Shown here in pieces: positions 12,396 through 26,476 of a DNA stretch of 64,000 nt. Origin of the DNA: Octopus vulgaris. Lineage: Eukaryota. The first letter of the stretch is position 1. Each line of letters opens with the position of its first letter. A program made the translations under genes and the position numbers. The stretch lies in assembly GCA_951406725.2 (NCBI GenBank), contig OX597814.1, positions 212,040,001 through 212,104,000 of the forward strand, given 5' to 3'. The notes under the pieces are model-generated. The model did no database searches and was not told the DNA's origin. It was given only the letters and a program-made list of their open reading frames with translations.

Positions 12396-12973
12396 AAGGC
12401 GGCGAGCTGGCAGAAACGTTAGCACGCCGGGCGAAATTGGAAGCCGTATTTAGTCTGCCGTTACGTTCTGAGTTCAAATTCCGCTGAGGTTCACTTTTGC
12501 CTTTCATACTTTCGGGGTCGATTAAATAAGTACCAGTTACGCACTGGGTCGATATAATCGACTTAATCCGTTTGTCTGTCCTTGTTTGTCCTCTCTGAGT
12601 TTAGCCCCTTGTGGATAGTAAAGAAATAAGTATATCGTCTGCTGCTACCGTCTGAGTTGAAATTCCGCCGAGGTCAACTTTGCTTTTCATCCTTTTGGGG
12701 TCGATTAAATACGTACCAATTATGCACTAGGGTCGGTATAATCGACTTAATCCGTCCGTCCTTGTTTGTCACCTCTGTGTGTAGCCCCTTATGGGCAGTA
12801 AAGAAATAGGTATTTCATCTGTCTTAACGTCCTGAGTTCAAATTCCGTCGAGGTCGACTTAGCCTTTCATCCTTTCGGAGTTGATAAATTAAGTATCAGT
12901 TGCGTAATGGGGTCCATCTAATCGAATGCCTCCCTCCCCCATCATCTTGTGTTTTGTGCGTAGAGTAGATAAG
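12396..12973 (+). mobile_element. Trimeric SINE family A insertion with 17 bp TSD
   Basis: tRNA-like head GGCGGCGAGCTGGCAGAAACGTTAGC, B-box-like GAGTTCAAATTCC three times, body GCCTTTCATCCTTTCGGGGTCGAT (resembles the MetaSINE domain, from memory). AATACACCGATAAAAGT at 12379-12395 and 12974-12990. Confidence 0.9.
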
Positions 12974-13812
12974 AATACACCGATAAAAGTCGCAGTGCAA
13001 TGGAAACAAGTGTATCTAACAATTGCATGAAATGGGCGGACATAAAGCAAATTATTCCGCTATTTCAAATGACGTTACTGCAGGAATTAAAGCGAAGAAG
13101 ATTGAGATTTAAATGGTAAAGTTGATTTTTTATTACCCAAAAGGGATTTAAATGGTAAAGTATTACATTTGGTATTCGATCATGTATGCGCCCTCGCTCC
13201 ATTTGGCGGTTAATAGTGCGGTAGATTTGCAAATAAATACTTCAAATTTGAAATGCGTTGGCAAGGCAACACTAACATAATGGAAAATAGAAGAAAGAAG
13301 TGCATAAATAAATACTCAAAAAGCATGGATTTTTATGACACGTGTTCTGGCCACATGAATCATAAATGTATTTTAAGAATAGGGGAGGGGTGTCTTAATT
13401 CCTTATTGACCATCGATACATCTATATAGTTGATAATACACATTTGATGTGACGAATTGCGTGTTAGATTAATTCGAGTTGGATCTTAACGTACAACCAA
13501 TATTCTTTACTCTGAATCAAGCTTATCCTCATTGACAACGAGTGAAATCTCTCACTCATTCTCTCGCTAAATCGTTCTCATTCCTTCTTTCCCAACTTAT
13601 ATTTTGCCACTTTTCCACACTCTCTATTTCCTTCATCTTTCTAAAATTTTGTATTCTTTCTCTCTATCAAAACATGCATCAATCTTTTTCGTGTCTGGTA
13701 AAAATGTTATGTAAGTCATTATGACTAATTATTTTTCTCTTTAAAACAAATAAAAAAAATTGGTTAGTCTACTTATTATACTATGTAATGGTTTAACGGG
13801 TTAGGAGTATGA

Positions 13813-13880
<68 letters not shown>

Positions 13881-14030
13881 CATTGTGTACAGTGCTCAGG
13901 TGCACTACAACTCATCTAAAGTGTATGTATAATCAGGTGTAGTTTCGGCGGATTTCGGAAAGCATGAGGACCTTAAAGGATGCAGTGTCATGGCAGTCAA
14001 CAACTGACGCAGGCAGTTTGTTCCATGCTT
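13813..14030 (-). mobile_element. 3' end of a CR1/L2-group LINE with (ATT)n tail
   Basis: Minus strand encodes EAWNKLPASVVDCHDTASFK, then a short UTR and (ATT)n. Confidence 0.75.
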
Positions 14031-14544
14031 CACGATAAATGTACTACACATCTCCTGCATTTAAAAACATCTTGTAGTTTTATTTATGAAACTATCTCAA
14101 TGTGTGGTTCTCATATTTCTGTCATTAGATCACTACGTTGTAAAATCTTCAACTTTGACGGTTACACGTAAGTGTCTTTCGATAGGTGTTTTGCTTATAT
14201 GCGATTAAAAAAATTATATAATGTTCAATTAACAGTGTCACATTTGAAATAACGTTAAATCCTGAGAACCATACATAAATTGAATTAATATTCATTCGAA
14301 TTATCATGTTATACTGGGGCCTCTTTTCGTACAGAGCATTTTCATATGTAATGGAATAATTTTATGTACATACATACATAGATACATATATGCATGCTTG
14401 CATGCATACATACATACATACATACATACATACATACATACATACGTATATGTTCAGGAGGTAAGAGATACTCGGACGCAAATGTACTTCGCTTCCAACC
14501 AACAACCATACATTAATAATATTTTGTTAACAAACAATCGACTT

Positions 14545-14750
14545 AAGGTGGCCAGCTGGTAAAATCGTTCACACGCTGATTAGAATGCTCCATTAGGCAT
14601 TTCGGCTGGTTTCACAGTCTGAGTTCCCATTCCGTCGAGGTCGACATTCTATGTCATAGTTTCAGTACCAGTAAAGTAAGTACCAGTTGAGTACTGAGGT
14701 CGATATGATCGACGAGCCGCCATCAACAATCTTTGAGACCTTTTATCTAA
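14545..14750 (+). mobile_element. Decayed SINE family A monomer
   Basis: CTGAGTTCCCATTCCGTCGAGGTCGAC..TAAGTACCAGTTGAGTACTG matches 12396 onward. Confidence 0.7.
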
Positions 14751-15311
14751 TTTCAAAAAGATTGTCGAGGATGTTTTTTCCTTTTGATGGCATTTCTAAT
14801 ATGATGTAATGAAAGAAATCTACTACAACTTTATGAAGCCGTAATGAATTTACATCAAACCAATGAATCAAAAATATTTAAATAAAAGCTAATAAGTCAC
14901 AAACTATCAGCCTTAATATAATCATTTTTGGTATGCGTAATTAATATCGTCAAAGCATATTTATAAAAACAGTATTTACCTAAATTCTATTCCATTTACA
15001 TAAAGTCCATTCCATTTACCTAAATTGTATTTGTGAAAGTACAAAATTAATACTAATCAAATAAAATAAGTGAGAGGCAAATCTATATTCGATAATTTGT
15101 TGAGGTATTCGTCATTTTACAATCATTTCTGGTTCCATTTATCTGGCGTTTATTGCAAAACGTTTTGGACACAAGCTACAGAAAAAGAGAGAAATCTACA
15201 TTAACATTAATAAGGAATCGGTATTCTATGTACTAAAATAACATCAATTGTAAATTGTAATCTATGCGATATGGGGTTCATGATAATATCGTGAGCATGT
15301 ATGTATGCATG

Positions 15312-16400
15312 GACATACAAACAAACAAACAAACATGCATACATACATTCATACATACAAACAAACAAACAAACATGCATACATACATTCATACATACAT
15401 ACATACATACATACATACATGCATACATACATACATACATACATACATACATACATACATACATACATACATACATACATACATTCATACATACATACAT
15501 ACATACATACATTCATACATACATACATACATACATACATACATGCATACATACATACATGCATACATACATACATACATACATACATACATACATACAT
15601 GCATACATACATACATACACACATACATACATACATACATACATACATACATACATACATACACACATACATACATACATACATACATACACACATACAT
15701 ACATACATACATACATACATACATACATACATACATACATACATACATACATACATACATACATACATACATACATACATACATACATACATACATACAT
15801 ACATACATACATACATACATACATACATACATACATACATACATACATACATACATACATACATACATACATACATACATACATACACACATACATACAT
15901 ACATACATACATACATACATACATACATACATACATACATACATACATACACACATACATACATACATACATACATACACACATACATACATACATACAT
16001 GCATGCATGCATACATACATACATACATACATACATACATACATACATACACACACATACATACATACATACATACATACATACATACATACATACATAC
16101 ATACATACATTCATACATACATACATACATACATACATACATACATACATACATACATACATACATACATACATACATACATACATACATACATACATAC
16201 ATACATACATACACACATACATACATACATACATACATACATACACACATACATACATACATGCATGCATACATACATACATACATACATACATACATAC
16301 ATACATACATACATACATACATACATACATACATACATACATACATACATACATACATACATACATACATACACACATACATACATACATACATACATAC
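15312..16400. repeat. ~1.1 kb (CATA)n tetranucleotide array
   Basis: Directly visible; accounts for all HTYI/MYVC ORFs. Confidence 0.98.
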
Positions 16401-16597
16401 AATCATACACTCATGCATATATTTTCACAAAGTCAAATAAACTTGGACAGAACCATCCACACTTTTCTTATTAAACAATAATTTTTAAGGCGACGAGCCA
16501 GCAGAATCATTCCAGTTGTGTAGTTTGTGAGTTTTAGTGATGTACAGATACAATCAGACAGACAGACAGACAGTCACACATACATACATACACACAC

Positions 16598-16731
<134 letters not shown>

Positions 16732-16864
16732 AAAATAGTAAAGTGTGAAAAAACGACAGAAGACTTAAATGTTAAAAAATATATATATTTGTGTCAAAAT
16801 GTCTGGAGAATATTGGAAAAATTTTTTTCCTTTCCTTAAAATGACATAATTTTAAGATTTTTAG

Positions 16865-16902
16865 AGAAATTACCGGTTTCGCGTGTAGCTTTTCAAATTT
16901 CT
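16865..16902 (-). ncRNA. Minimal hammerhead motif, U3:A8 variant
   Basis: Minus strand AGAAAT-TTGAAAA-GC.tacac.GC-GAAAC-CG-GTA-ATTTCT; perfect 6 bp stem I. Confidence 0.65.
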
Positions 16903-17339
16903 TGTGACGTTATGTTTATATTGCATGGAGTTATCGTTGTGTTTATTTTCAGGAGATTTCTAAATAAGGGGAGGTAGTGAGTGATTTCTTCCGGTGTAGG
17001 GGAGATAATCGCTTAAAATTTTTTTTCCCTTTTCCCTTCTTAATTTCTCTGTGTCAGTATGTTCGGATGGTTGAGTCTGGGTTTGTACTTTTCAATGAAG
17101 TGTTGAAGTGTTTCTTGCATTTCCGTCTGACACATACACTTTCTTAATGTATTATGTTCATTAACGTTGTTCTCTCTTTTGGTGTGCTGGTGTATTTTAC
17201 CTCCCGTAGTAACATGCGTTTCCGTTTTTCTAGTTGACTTAGTTCTGTACACCTTCAGTTCATGCATAGTAGTTACTAATAATTTAAATAATAATAATAA
17301 CAATACTTTAATTATTGAGATTAATAATATTAATAATTA

Positions 17340-17710
17340 TTCTCCTAGTTCTAATTGTAGAGTTAAGTCCCATTGTCCGGTATCGGGACGATGTCTAGCC
17401 CAAAACGTAGTATACAATTGTACAGTAGTGACTTCTAATAATTACATTTATTACGCATGTTCTGTCAATTATAAAAAAAAACGCATATATAATCATTTAT
17501 CATCCTTCAAACTTAAGCATAAGGCACATTGCACAACATTATCCAATAAAATTTGGGAATTAAAGGAAAATAGAATTAGATTTAGCCTTAAATGGGACAC
17601 AGTAAGGAAAGCATTACCTTATAAACATAGTAGATATGGATGTAAGATCTGCTCCATGAGATTTATGAAATTTTCAAACATAAGGATAATGTAAACCTGT
17701 TAAATAACCG
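17340..17710 (+). pseudogene. Decayed GIY-YIG endonuclease of a second Penelope-like family
   Basis: NCRVKSHCPVSGRCLAQNVVYNCTV..Y..KRIYNHLSSF..TTLSNKIWELK..FSLKW..KALPY..CKIC matches a known PLE endonuclease motif order. Confidence 0.8.
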
Positions 17711-19067
17711 TTAGAACTGGGGTGTCGTGTATACATATTACTACCCGTACCTTCATATATTTTAGAAAGTAACATTTTATTATTCCGGAATTTTTAAATC
17801 TTAAATTATACCTCTTAGATTTAAAATCAACGCAGAAATAGCATACCCAACAATATTATTTTGTAGTCCAACAGTAGGTATTAATAATTTAATACCGTGG
17901 AAAATTAAGTAAATGATTTTTAATTTCTAAAATTATTATATATATTCTATAAACCTCATCTATTAAAGTTACTAAGTTGTATATATACTCCACAATAATT
18001 TTGGGGATTTAGCTTTTTTTCATATCTGTTTCTATGATAGTTCTACTCTACTTAATCCTTTTCAATATTCTAAAAAATTCTTTTATATAAGCCTAAATTG
18101 TTGTACACTTATATAGCCATACTTAACTTTTGATAAGCAACATAGGCATCTTCAAAAAATCTTTTTGAATTCAAATGCCAAACTTTTAACTGACTGAATA
18201 TAGATTTAATTAATTTATAATACATTTGTTCTCTTATCTAAATGGTCTCATATTTATTTATTTACAAAATTACTCTGTCATATATCTCTATAAATTTCAT
18301 ACTCAGCTTGTATAAACTATGCTGGCATATTCACTATTTATAACAAAAGAGATATGCTTAGACGAAATTGTTGATATTTTAATATATAAATTTTAACATA
18401 TTCCTTTAACTTAACTTTCCTTTATTAATACCAATAATTACCATTTAATAAATAATTATAAATGTATGTTAAGTTAGTATCTAAATATATAAATAGGGAA
18501 CTATTTGTATATTTTCTGTCCCTCTATTGTGTAAAATTTTTGATTTATAACTGAAAGTATTCAAAAATATTCTTCTTAGTATTTTTAGATTAACTCTAAA
18601 ATGTTTCTGTGTATATACAAATAACAACGTTTTATAGTAGGTAAATGTACTGCTACTATATGAAATCATTCTCCCAGTCCCATAAGCATTGGTCTACAAA
18701 ATTAGCAGCTAAAATCCTGTCTGAAGCATATTCTTACTGAACCGAATGGCTTTGCTTTAAAGAAATCTTGATTTATGACTTTGCCACTTAAATTGTCTAC
18801 CTCTTTCGCCCTATCCATAAAGGATACTACACTTCGTCTACTCTTAGATTTGATAAACAAGCCTATAAATTTAAACTGAACCCCCACCCATTAGTAAATT
18901 TAATAACAGAAATAATTAGTGACAGGCAGTGTTATTTTGGAAAAAAATCTTAGTTACAGTTGTGATGTTGGTAAAACATGTTATTTGCCTATCTCCTTAT
19001 CCTCTTGGTGAATTTGGATAAAAATTATACAAATAAGTCCTTCGAATTTAACTAAATACTATATTTT

Positions 19068-19156
19068 ATGCATCTGAAGATTGCTCTACATTTTAAATCG
19101 ATGTAATGTTTGCGTTGTTCAATTAAATGGAATTGCATGAAACGATCGTACTGTAT
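19068..19156 (+). ncRNA. Hammerhead motif with long stem II
   Basis: ATGCAT-CTGAAGA-TTGC...GCAT-GAAAC-GATC-GTA-CTGTAT; palindromic stem III ACGATCGT. Confidence 0.65.
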
Positions 19157-19283
19157 TACCTCTGTGTATCCTTGTTGCTTATTTTGATTATAATCAACAT
19201 ATTTTAAATCATATGGATAATAACATACTAAATTCTGGTGTCTTCATCTTAAGTACTATATTCATCTGAATCTAAATTTTAAG

Positions 19284-19337
<54 letters not shown>

Positions 19338-19380
19338 CATAATATGCATGTATTGAACACCTAATTTGTATATCTTAAAC

Positions 19381-19466
19381 TACCTCTGACGAGATTCAAC
19401 TTTCAAATAATGTTTTATTTTATTAATTAATTTACTGAAGTTCTTGAATTAAAACAACTTTAAGAG
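19381..19466 (+). ncRNA. Decayed hammerhead motif
   Basis: CTGACGA-GATTCAA...TTGAATT-AAAAC-AACT-TTA-AGAG; core G12 and stem III are mutated. Confidence 0.45.
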
Positions 19467-19542
19467 ATGTTTGACATTTTTGTAATTAATAAATAACAAT
19501 TTATTAGTTACCTCTCTATTATCTTATTGTATATATATACAT

Positions 19543-19673
19543 CTACCAAATCCATTCACAGAGCCATAATTGGACCGAGGATATAGTTGGCGTCACTTGT
19601 ACTAGGTGTCACACAGTGCGACTGAATTCAGGAACATGTGGTGAGGAAGCAAAATTCATGCCACACAGCCACT
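19543..19673 (-). mobile_element. Decayed 5' half of SINE family C
   Basis: CTACCAAATCCATTCACA..CCACACAGCCAC matches 39924-40052. Confidence 0.7.
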
Positions 19674-20428
19674 CAACTTGGCAAATGCGTATAAAAATAC
19701 TATATGCTCCCCATGCTATATTTAACATCACCTTTTTCTCTATCTCATGTACACCCCAGTAATACCTATTGTTACCACAATGGACTAATTCCTTAATCTA
19801 AGGATATGGATATTCGTTGTGTCTTTTTTTTTCTATTGAGTCATACAAATTGTAAAATCAGGTAGATTTACTGAAATGTACCAAAATGCACTTTGAAAAT
19901 ATGAATAGTAATAAATTACAAATTTGCATGTAAATAGATGCAAATACAAATACGTCATTCAAAAATATGTGTCCGTGTTTAAAGATGTATTTATGTATAT
20001 AGATATATATTTATTAACGTGTGTCTCTATATGTATGTATATATATATATATATATGCATACTTACATACATACATATATCCACACGTTAATTTGAAAGG
20101 TTGCCGTATACTTTTGAATATATATTTGTACTTGATAACACGCTGTGTAGATGTAGTCGATCAAAGTGGTAATTATTACATGCAAATAAAACAAAATTAA
20201 AACACTGTATTTGTACCATATATTAATTACTTAATATAGATGTATTCCATTTTGATTAAACGAGCTCAACGAACATAAATCAATATATGTGTACATGCAT
20301 ATGTGTGAACGTATTTACTTGTTCGAGTATATATGTATGTATGTGTATATATGTATTTTTGTGCGCATGTTTATATAGATATATTCACTTTATTATCATT
20401 TAAGCTGCCAAGCCATCACAGACATATC

Positions 20429-20476
<48 letters not shown>

Positions 20477-20486
20477 TGTGTGTGTG

Positions 20487-20536
<50 letters not shown>

Positions 20537-20654
20537 ATATATTTATATATGCATCTACGTATGCCTGTCTATATATAGAGATACATAGAGAGATAGATAG
20601 ATAGATAGTGACAGAGAGGCGAGCAGACAGTGAAAGAAAGAAAAAGGTATGTGT

Positions 20655-20737
<83 letters not shown>

Positions 20738-23700
20738 GTAGGTCGGATTTCTAGCTTCAGATTTTATATGAAGTTAAATTGTTAGTATACAGATGGCAAC
20801 CTAGTCGTAATAAAATATGTAATAAATATTTATTTCATAAATGATAGAGTAAAATTGGAAAATTATAAATAATAAAACAAGATTGATACAGTAATTAAAA
20901 CTGAGCAGACAGTGTTAGTATATACGTAAATTCTAATCGAAGTTATAGATTAATGAAATAAAATGGCAACAATTATGTTGTAATGATAAGTTTCTAAAAC
21001 ATTGAATTGAAATGACAATATATATGATGGTATGAATTTATGGATTTGAATGAAAATTTGGAGTAAAATGATACGATTTTGTGGAATAATTATGAGCCTC
21101 TCCTTAGCATCGGTGCTTGTAGGAATAACACCTGTAATACTAACAAGAGAATTATGGGTTCAAAACAATCAAATAGAATATTTACCCCATTGCCTTTGAC
21201 TCGTTGTTAGAATCTGTCCTTATAGAGATGGCTAAGCTTAACAGTTACATTAATATGAGGCAGAAAATAATCGAGATTCGGTTCCAGGAAATCTAGAAAA
21301 CTTCTGACTTCTTAAGCTATACTGACAAATCGAAGGAAACGCAGGGCACAAGAATTAGCATAAATTGATGAAAAGTAATTCAACCTGAGAAAAAGTAAGC
21401 CAAGCGTGTTGCATAGCTTCCATACAGTTGATATATCAATAACATCCAATAATCGATTTCAGGATAAAATTGAACTACGTAAACCTTACTACTCCTTCCT
21501 TTCAAATACCACAACTCAGATTTGGCCGAACTCCTATATCCGAATTAATAAGATATAGTGAAAATAGTATAAATAAAGATTTCCCACAATTTTACTGATC
21601 AAAGAATATGTCACATTAACAGACACCTCCCCCAAAATAACGTCGAATACAAATAGAAAGCGAACAGCACAATACTTTAAGCCCAAATTACATGAAAAAA
21701 ATTAATTCAAGTGCAACGTCTTCTAGTAGGAAGAAAATAGTTCTATCATACTTGGAAGTTACTAGTAAAATATAAAATTCACAGTCCAATATCTTTGCCT
21801 AGTCATCCCACGAGAAAGTCAATAAATCAGGAAGCATCCGAATTTGCATATCTTAGAGAATAGAAATTACTGTATAACTGTTCAAAGTTACAATGCTTAT
21901 AGTCATAAATATCATGATTCACGTAAAATTATGCTCGATGTCTGTTTGGTACGCTAGACTTGGTAGTTACAATTCCTTGATGATTCTTCCTACAACATGT
22001 ATATCCCATATTTCAATTTCTTTTTACCAATGGTATCTATTCTTTAACGGCTTTTAATTTTAGATATTCTTTCGATGCGTGCTTTATATAAGTGAATATG
22101 TGCGTATATTCGTTTGTGTGGGTGAGTTTCAAGAGACAGTTTGTATGATATATGATGTTCTTAATCAAGTCTCAACACATTCAGTTTGATTTTGAAAGAG
22201 CATTAGATGAAACATTTTTTTTTTTTAATTAAAACATTAAAACTGATATTTAATAGAAACAACACTTGCATATCTTCTCTTTATTGATTTCTGTCTTTTG
22301 CAGAGAATGTGTGAGTGAATTTAACTGAAAATTAATTTCTACCAGTATTAAATTTGGCACTGTTTTACTTATTAATGCCGCTGTTTAATAAATGTTAAAT
22401 GCCAAACTCAGAAATTGAACAACATCGAATAGTCTGGCTTGTTATTTATTGTTAAATGAATTCATGTAGCGTAGTTAGTTGTAACATTTTTCTCCAGCTA
22501 CTGACTGGGATAATCTCCTACACAAATACGCGTAAGCGTTAGTGTGCGTTTGTGTTTGTATATACTGGATGAATCTGTTTGTATATATGTGTATGTATAG
22601 ATGGGGGCAAATTTTCGTTTTAGATTTCCAATAAACGACAGTATCCTTGCAACATATTTTACGAGGTTGTTTTCGCGTTGTTCCGAACTCTTGAAATTCT
22701 ATAATGAAATTAATAATCCAACGTTTAAATTCAACTCCATCATCGCATCTCCAGTGTGAATTAATACCTGTTGCATTTATGGTGGCAGTGTGCATATTAT
22801 TGGTGTAGAGAACATGAACGGAATTTGAAATCTGTCCGTTATATTTACCCTTGTGGCTTAAATGCTAATGGTAGTTTGTGGATAATGTTTGTTGCCTTTG
22901 TGATTATTTGTGGTGTTACAAATATTTTCACCTTTATATCGATGTTTTGCGGCGGTGTGTGTGTGTATACATATGTTGTTCACTAATATTTTCATGTATC
23001 TTTTGTGAGTTGTGATACATTGTATTTGATCTTTGTGCTAAGAATGAGAGGTCATCCCGCTTTTAGGGTGTTATGACTGTTGGCGTCATGAAGTTTACAA
23101 TTCACAAGCTTGCAATTGAGCTTAGCACAATCATATTGGTAATTCGCAGCTTGTTGGCATGAAAAGAAACAAAAATACACGGACGCAAAAGCCTGGCAGA
23201 TATAAAAGAATGTGGGAGACGCCTCTGAAACCCATTTCGCAAATATTTTCCCCAACAACAGCTTCACTATTACTGTCAAAACATTGCATCCTTCTGTAGT
23301 ATCAACACTATTACAGACATTCGTTACAAGCACAGTCAAATACACACATAGCCGTGAGATCATACAACCCAATACGAGCAGAAAAATAGGAATTGTAAAA
23401 TACACTTCCGTATAAAAAGTCAATAAAATACTAACGAATCTCACACATGAAAATACTAATAGATTTCCGTGGTTTCATAGATAAAACACCGAACAAAGAT
23501 CTGCTAGTTGAAATACCTTCAGTAAACCAGAGTGCCAAAGAACTGTTACTCCTACAGCACTAAGTTAAATGATCCTTTCTCACCTGTTTATCTCTTGTGG
23601 GTCATTTCTATGCTATGAGTGGACAGTGTAAATGCACGCGTTGTGAAGACAGCTTGGAAGCATGACCACCCTCCTCAACGAATCCAGGTCACAAGAAGTG

Positions 23701-24244
23701 AAGGAAATGTAGAGCATAATATATTGAAACATGTACGTTTAACTTTAGTAAAATATATATTAACCGACAAGTGCAGCACACTCCATTTGAAGTGAGATTT
23801 ACCAAGCAAAGTAGGATCAGATCAATGTACATTTACACACTGGATGTTTCTACCGAGTTAGCAGAGCTAAGGTGATATCGCTTGGATATTTAAGCAAAGA
23901 CACTGGAATAAACTATTCAGAATACTTTGAAAATAGATATCGCACAGCAGTGTACTCTTTTATATTAATCAAGCTTATAATAATGCAAGCATTCCTACTT
24001 AAGTCATCTTTTGTGTGATTCTGAGAGGCAGAAAATTACAACATTTCAGACACTCCATCTTAATGGAGTTTGGACAATAATCGGGTATTGAAAATAGGGT
24101 TACTTTACAACGGAACCACTACATGCAGTACGGGTTCACCGAAAGCTCTGTACAAATCGTGATCGGTCACTAGAAAGTCCAAATGATTTCAACTGCCGTA
24201 AAACATCAAGCGATTATGATTTTTGTCGTAAATGTACTGATTTT

Positions 24245-24446
24245 GACACATAGCTAGACATCTGAGTGGATGATGTACATCGATTACATCGACCACTATC
24301 CTCCGTAGGTAATTATTTTATCGACCACGAAATAGATAAAAGGCAAGGTCAACCACGGCGGAATTTGGACCGTGAGCATAAAGGCAGACGAAATGCCGCG
24401 AAGCGTTTTCCCTGGCATCCTAACAATACTCCCATCTCTCCGCCTT
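24245..24446 (-). mobile_element. Decayed SINE family A monomer
   Basis: TCGATTACATCGACC..AAAGGCAAGGTCAACCACGGCGGAATTTG..GACGAAATGCCGC. Confidence 0.7.
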
Positions 24447-24766
24447 CATCTAAATATATATTACAATATGTTTTGTAATACCTATGTATCCAATAATTTT
24501 GTGTAGTATGTAAGGAACAATATTGCTACTAAACAGAGAAGTGTTTTTATAATAATAAAATTGAAATGATTCAGTTTTGCTTCTCGTCATAATTATTGTT
24601 GCAAATGTCGACTATTAAGTTGGTTTTGTATTCATTAATATCAATATTTATTAATTCTATTATTTTGCGTTGTTTTGCTTTCGGTCTCTCGGAAATAAAT
24701 AAATATATAATAGATATATACATACACAAATTCATACATGTGTATCTGTGTGTATTTATACAGATA

Positions 24767-24830
<64 letters not shown>

Positions 24831-25224
24831 ATTCTGATGGAGAGAATAACTTATGTCTGTGTTAACTATGGTTTTCTATGGTAACATTTTTAAAGGTGCC
24901 TAGTTTTCGGTGTAATTACGCTGTAAGATTACATCATATTGGAGTGTTAGGAAAAACTGCAGAATTATGTTTCGTGATAAATGATAAGTCTCATATAGTC
25001 AGGTGATGTTCGGCACGGCGCGGTTTACTAGTTAGTAGGAAGCTGGTTGCTTAAGAATGGAGTTCTAAAAGTTATAAAATTACCTGACTATTTAGAAGAC
25101 ACCTATCTGTGCATTTCTACACTGGACAAGTTGGCTTGCTGAGCTAGTTTGAGGTTTTACTGCCGCTCATTTTTGGTGTCGAAGCTGTGTCTGCACAGAA
25201 GGGAGACCACATTTTACAACACTA

Positions 25225-26428
25225 TCTCTTATTATAAAAGGCAGATTTTATCTGCCTCCCTTTGTCACTTATAGAAATCTACAATATAGGATTTCTTCAA
25301 TTACAATTTACCTAGCATTTTTAAGAGTAGAATGCATCGGGTCATGCCAGGTCCAGTTTTTAAAATTTAAACTCCAATTAAGCAAAATTTACAAAAAACT
25401 CACATTCTGGTGTGTATGTCAAATGCTTTTCTTAGTCTGGTTTACAGCACACGCAAACGCACACACACAGTGTGCAACGAATAAAGTGAAACTAGATGTA
25501 ATATTTGTTTCTGTCTATCACGCTGATAGATAAATGAGTAAAATGTATGGCAAGCTAAGAGATAAGAGTGAGTGAAAATGTTCTTGGAAGAGAGTAAATA
25601 GCGACAGAGTGATTTGAGGAAGACTAAACTGAAAGTATGAAACAGTGTTTATGTATAAACAGACGACACTTATATATAGTTATTAATAAATGTATGCATC
25701 CGTTTAACCCTTTCGTTACCAAACCGCCCGAATTTACCTATTCATATTTAAATGAGAATATCAGAGTAAATCTCTTTAGTACATTCGTGAAAACACGTAT
25801 TATACTTCGTAAACACTTCAAATACAGTTTTGTTCAAAAATCGAAGGGTAATTTTAATTCCGTGAATTATGGGAGATTTTTTTCCGAAATTTGTTCCTAT
25901 TGTGTTTTCAAAATTTGTAATTCTGACAAAAAATGGATACGAATTTCATTATATCAAGCAGCGAGTCAGAATTCGAAGGATTTTCTACTGAAGACCTTCA
26001 TAAATCTAACTCTATGACTGAAAAAAAAAAGCATCTTTATATAAGAGTGAAGTTGTGTGTCTGTCTCCTACGATTTAGATTCGTAACTACTCCCACATTT
26101 TGCGGTGCAGTTTAACCAAAAGCGGGTATCTGATAGTCGTGATTCATATCGAGCCCTTCTGGGTATTAGCGCGCGTCTACGATGAGTCTAAGATTTTAAA
26201 AAAAATTACCATCATATTTTTCCATTTTAATGCATTTTTTTCGCTTTTATATAAGGGAAGTAACTCTCTAAAAATATCTACGATGTGTCAACGATTTAAA
26301 AAAAAATTTACCTTAATTTTTTTTCAATTTTTAATGCATTTTTTTGCTATTTTTGGGCTATAACTCTCTAAAAATGCTTATATAGTTATTTCCCTTACAA
26401 ACCCGAGCAACGCCGGGCGATACTGCTA

Positions 26429-26429
<1 letters not shown>
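25225..26429 (+). mobile_element. Non-autonomous composite Helitron
   Basis: A|TCTCTTATTATAAAAG 5' end; 3' hairpin CCCG-AGCAACGC-CGGG followed by CTAG|T; a second TC-type start at ~26034. Confidence 0.7.
25704..26020 (+). mobile_element. piggyBac-like left end inside the Helitron
   Basis: TTAA|CCCTTT start and a short acidic ORF start, MDTNFIISSSESEFEGFSTEDL. Confidence 0.45.

Positions 26430-26476
<47 letters not shown>

Noticed and set aside
12396-12973. CRISPR-like repeat array
   Set aside because: Units are ~190 bp SINE modules with no unique spacers, in eukaryotic DNA.
22600-23100. Possible minus-strand GIY-YIG remnant (KYNGQIS)
   Set aside because: Too decayed to support by eye; needs tBLASTn.
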